NCBI GenBank assembly: GCA_051294375.1
Contig: JBJCIZ010001583.1
Coordinates: forward strand, 1-12,580
Source: Paraspadella gotoi
Lineage: Eukaryota > Animalia > Chaetognatha
Reading direction: 5' to 3'
Length of the DNA stretch: 12,580 nucleotides
Shown here: positions 10,174 to 12,580 of the stretch, one piece after another
Position numbering within the stretch: the first letter of the stretch is position 1
Layout: each line of letters begins with the position of its first letter
Notes under the pieces: model-generated
The model's input: the letters and a program-made list of their open reading frames with translations, nothing else
Database searches by the model: none
What the model was told of the DNA's origin: nothing
Program-made: the position numbers and the translations under genes

Positions 10174-10274
10174 CAGAGTCGGGATTGAAGCCTGAGCTTT
10201 TAACTGTTGTACGTGGGAACTGTCTACTCTTGAGTATGAAGTTGTTTCCGCTTCATTCTTTTCCTGATCATTGC
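10174..10274 (-). CDS. Candidate exon 2, hydrophilic linker (GNDQEKNEAETTSYSRVDSSHVQQLKAQASIPTL)
   Basis: A strong pyrimidine tract lies upstream on the minus strand (10276-10330), the frame is open, and the donor is CTG|GTAC at 10174. The phase 1 start needs acceptor ctctc(a)g, with one base missing. A canonical CAG at 10264-10266 is an alternative but would be phase 0. Confidence 0.4.
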
Positions 10275-11038
10275 CGAGAGATAGAAAGAGAGGGAAAAGA
10301 AAGAAAGAAAGATAAGAAGAGAAGAGAGAAGACGGCCATTTAAATTTATCAATTCGCATGTGGTAACAGTGAAAATACTGCACTAGTTCTCTTTAGCAAT
10401 CAAAAATAATATGAATACTAAATATTTGAAATGATGCTACGCAAAAATAAACAGAAAAAAAATCGGCTCTCTTTCATCTCATTTTGTTTTCTCTTCTTTC
10501 CTTTCTTTCCTTTTACTTTTCTCTCTTCCCTATCTTTCCTCTCTAACTAACTGTCTCCCTTTCTTTACCCTCTTTTGCAAACCTTTACCCTTTTCAGCTA
10601 TTTAATATAAAAAAAATGTTTTTTTTTGTTCCGAAAATAATTCACGCTTTTTCTCCCTTTCTTCACCACTATTGTCATTTCTTTGCTCATATTCACCTCC
10701 TTTTTCTCATTTCTTTTGTGTCCTGTTCAGTTTCCTTAACTATTATGGTCCAGACTTACTTTTTTAACCCAAACACAACTGTTTTCACATGTGATGTAAC
10801 ATCGGACTTTGTTTCTTCTCCTTTTATTTTTTTCTAATGTCTTGATATAACCCTCGTTGAACCTTGCTATCTCTAAACATATGTGCCTCCCCACTTCACT
10901 TCTCCACCTTAATCAGCCTCCTTTGTCTTCCCCTTCCACCCTTGCCTCCCTATACTTTCCTCCCAATCCAACCTCCTTCCCTCCTCCAAACTGTCCTCCC
11001 ATTCCCCTTTCCACTCCCTCCTCTACCTGTCCTCCCCC

Positions 11039-11289
11039 ATCTCCTCACCTTTGCCTTCACGTCCTCACTACACTCTGTCCCTCCCCCTCCAAAGTCTCTC
11101 TCACCCTTTGGGTACCCCCCCACCTCTCACCCTTTGCCCCTTCCCCCTCCATCTCACACTTGTCCCCTCCCCCCCCAAATCTCCTCACCCTTTGTCCCTC
11201 CCCTCACCTCCTCACCCTTTGTTCCTTCCCCCCTTCCATCTCACCTTTGTCCCTCCCCACCAAAATCTCCTCACCTTTGTCTTTCCCCC
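11039..11289 (+). repeat. ~28-bp C-rich minisatellite, about 9 copies, core ATCTCCTCACC(C)TTTGTCCCTCCCC
   Basis: Units start near 11039, 11060, 11095, 11122, 11151, 11179, 11206, 11238 and 11265. It is preceded by C/T low-complexity sequence from ~10880. Confidence 0.88.
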
Positions 11290-11430
11290 GTTCCCGGCGA
11301 TGCGCTGAGTGTCCCTTTGGACGACGGATACGCAAAGATCCGGCCAGAACGACGTGGAAAAAGGCCAAAGTAGTAAAACCAAGACTTGACCAACATTCTT
11401 GCCTTGTTGCACGCTGCGATTCTTCGTGCG
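11275..11430 (-). CDS. Candidate first coding exon with signal peptide (ATG at 11396-11394; 11430-11397 would be 5' UTR)
   Basis: The minus strand has a C-rich tract ending ccccctag| at 11431 and a donor AAAG|GTGAGG at 11275/11274. The ATG context is gcaagaATG (A at -3). Removing one T from the TTTT run gives MLVKSWFTTLAFFHVVLA-GSLRIRRPKGHSAHRRERGKDK, with a basic n-region, hydrophobic core and V-L-A cleavage-type motif. The exon ends in phase 1. Confidence 0.6.
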
Positions 11431-11570
11431 CTAGGGGGGGTGGTCCAGGGGAGTCAGGGGGGTGGAGGGGGTGGCCGCGGTGGGAGGGTTTAAGGAGAAT
11501 TTTTATTAGCGAGGAGGATAGCGATGAGATTTACCTATTACTCACACTTAATCATACATTTATAATTATA

Positions 11571-11790
11571 TTTTAGAGTAACTCAGATTAATAGCGATTC
11601 ATATTTTACAGTGACTGAATATTCTTCCTGGATTTATCTTTCGTAGTGACTGAGATCTACATATAGTATGTAATTTAAAGTGACTGAGAATTACTAGGAT
11701 CTATTTTTATAGTGACAGAATTTACTAGGATTTATATTTATAATGACTAAGATTTACTGGGATTTATATTTTATAGTACTGAATTTATCC
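11571..11790 (+). repeat. ~33-bp minisatellite, 7 copies, consensus approx. AGTGACTGAGATTTACTAGGATTTATATTTTAT
   Basis: AGTGACTGA-like cores occur at ~11577, 11610, 11645, 11679, 11711, 11742 and 11775. Confidence 0.9.
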
Positions 11791-11965
11791 TTTTGGTTGT
11801 AAAGAGGAGCGTCGCCGAAATTTTGTTAGCATTCTCGTTATATATTACTTGTTATATATAAGTTCTGTGTGCTTAAACTTCATTTTAAAATAAATCTAAA
11901 ATAAGAAATAAAGTGAAAAATATAGTTCACTTAAGAAATCTCATCTCCTACATTTCGCAGTGTAA

Positions 11966-12135
11966 CTCCACTCTATCCCTCTCTTCTCTCCATTTTTTCT
12001 CATCTCCATCTCCATCTCTTAAATTTCTCTCCCTCTCCTCTCTCCTCTTCTTTCTCTCTCTCCTCTCCCTCCTCCTCCCGTTCTCCCTCTCTTCCTCCCC
12101 CATTCGTCTTCTTTCTTCCCCTCAAATTCCCTCCA
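11966..12135 (+). repeat. CT-rich low-complexity tract
   Basis: Direct reading; it is followed by a short (ACA)n at ~12165-12195. Confidence 0.9.
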
Positions 12136-12580
12136 CGAACGACGAAATCATTCTCCAGCGACCAAACGACAACAACAACAAACGAAAACAACAATAAACA
12201 TAAAGGATCGATTCTCTTTCTCAGTTGAAATAAAATGGGGTATTAACTTCAAATAAAAACGAAACAACATTGTTGTTCAACGATTGAGGTTTACGGGGAT
12301 AAAAACATTTATAAACATAATAAAATTAAGTAGCAATGAAGTTGCACAGATAGAGAAAGGTTTTTTAGTTTTATTGAAGAAAGACGCCAAAAATAGATCA
12401 AATCAAATGTGCTAGTTTTCCAATTGACATCAATGAGGATAAAGAAATGTTGATGACTAACAAAACATTTTTTTTGAATTTTTTATATAGAAAATATATA
12501 TCTATAATTATGATTATTGGAACCAATAAATTCGAAAAAGTCTTCAACTTGGTGGCGGCGGTGGGTCAAAATCAATTCGT

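Noticed and set aside
10857-11576. Long Pro/Ser-rich plus-strand ORFs (239, 169 and 85 aa) and a plus-strand peptide DALSVPLDDGYAKI...DVEKG
   Set aside because: C/T-rich sequence lacks stops in all frames, and no AG acceptor follows the tract on +. The minus strand has canonical splice sites and a signal peptide.

Overview
Eukaryotic, intron-rich and very microsatellite-dense DNA. The (GA)n, (GATA)n, (ATTG)n and (AAT)n load, with GC-rich exon islands, resembles a decapod crustacean genome (an inference). The sequence looks like an unpolished long-read assembly with homopolymer indels. No prokaryotic genes, CRISPR array or recognisable transposase were found, and most ORFs in the supplied track are repeat artefacts. 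Manual splice-site reading of the minus strand recovers a multi-exon gene that the ORF track misses. It has a signal-peptide exon (ATG 11396), a linker exon (~10274-10174), and three exons (9873-9711, 4622-4513, 4351-~4256) that together give four cysteines in contexts resembling a ZP-N (zona pellucida/cuticlin N-terminal) domain. A large Ser/Thr-rich exon (8015-7360) and a stop-containing exon (5990-5917) lie between Cys2 and Cys3, suggesting an alternative truncated isoform. Weaker candidate exons lie downstream (782-692, 257-143). Three minisatellites are present; one is a tandem amplification of the first coding exon's splice donor. The gene model needs several assumed 1-nt error corrections and has not been confirmed by any search.
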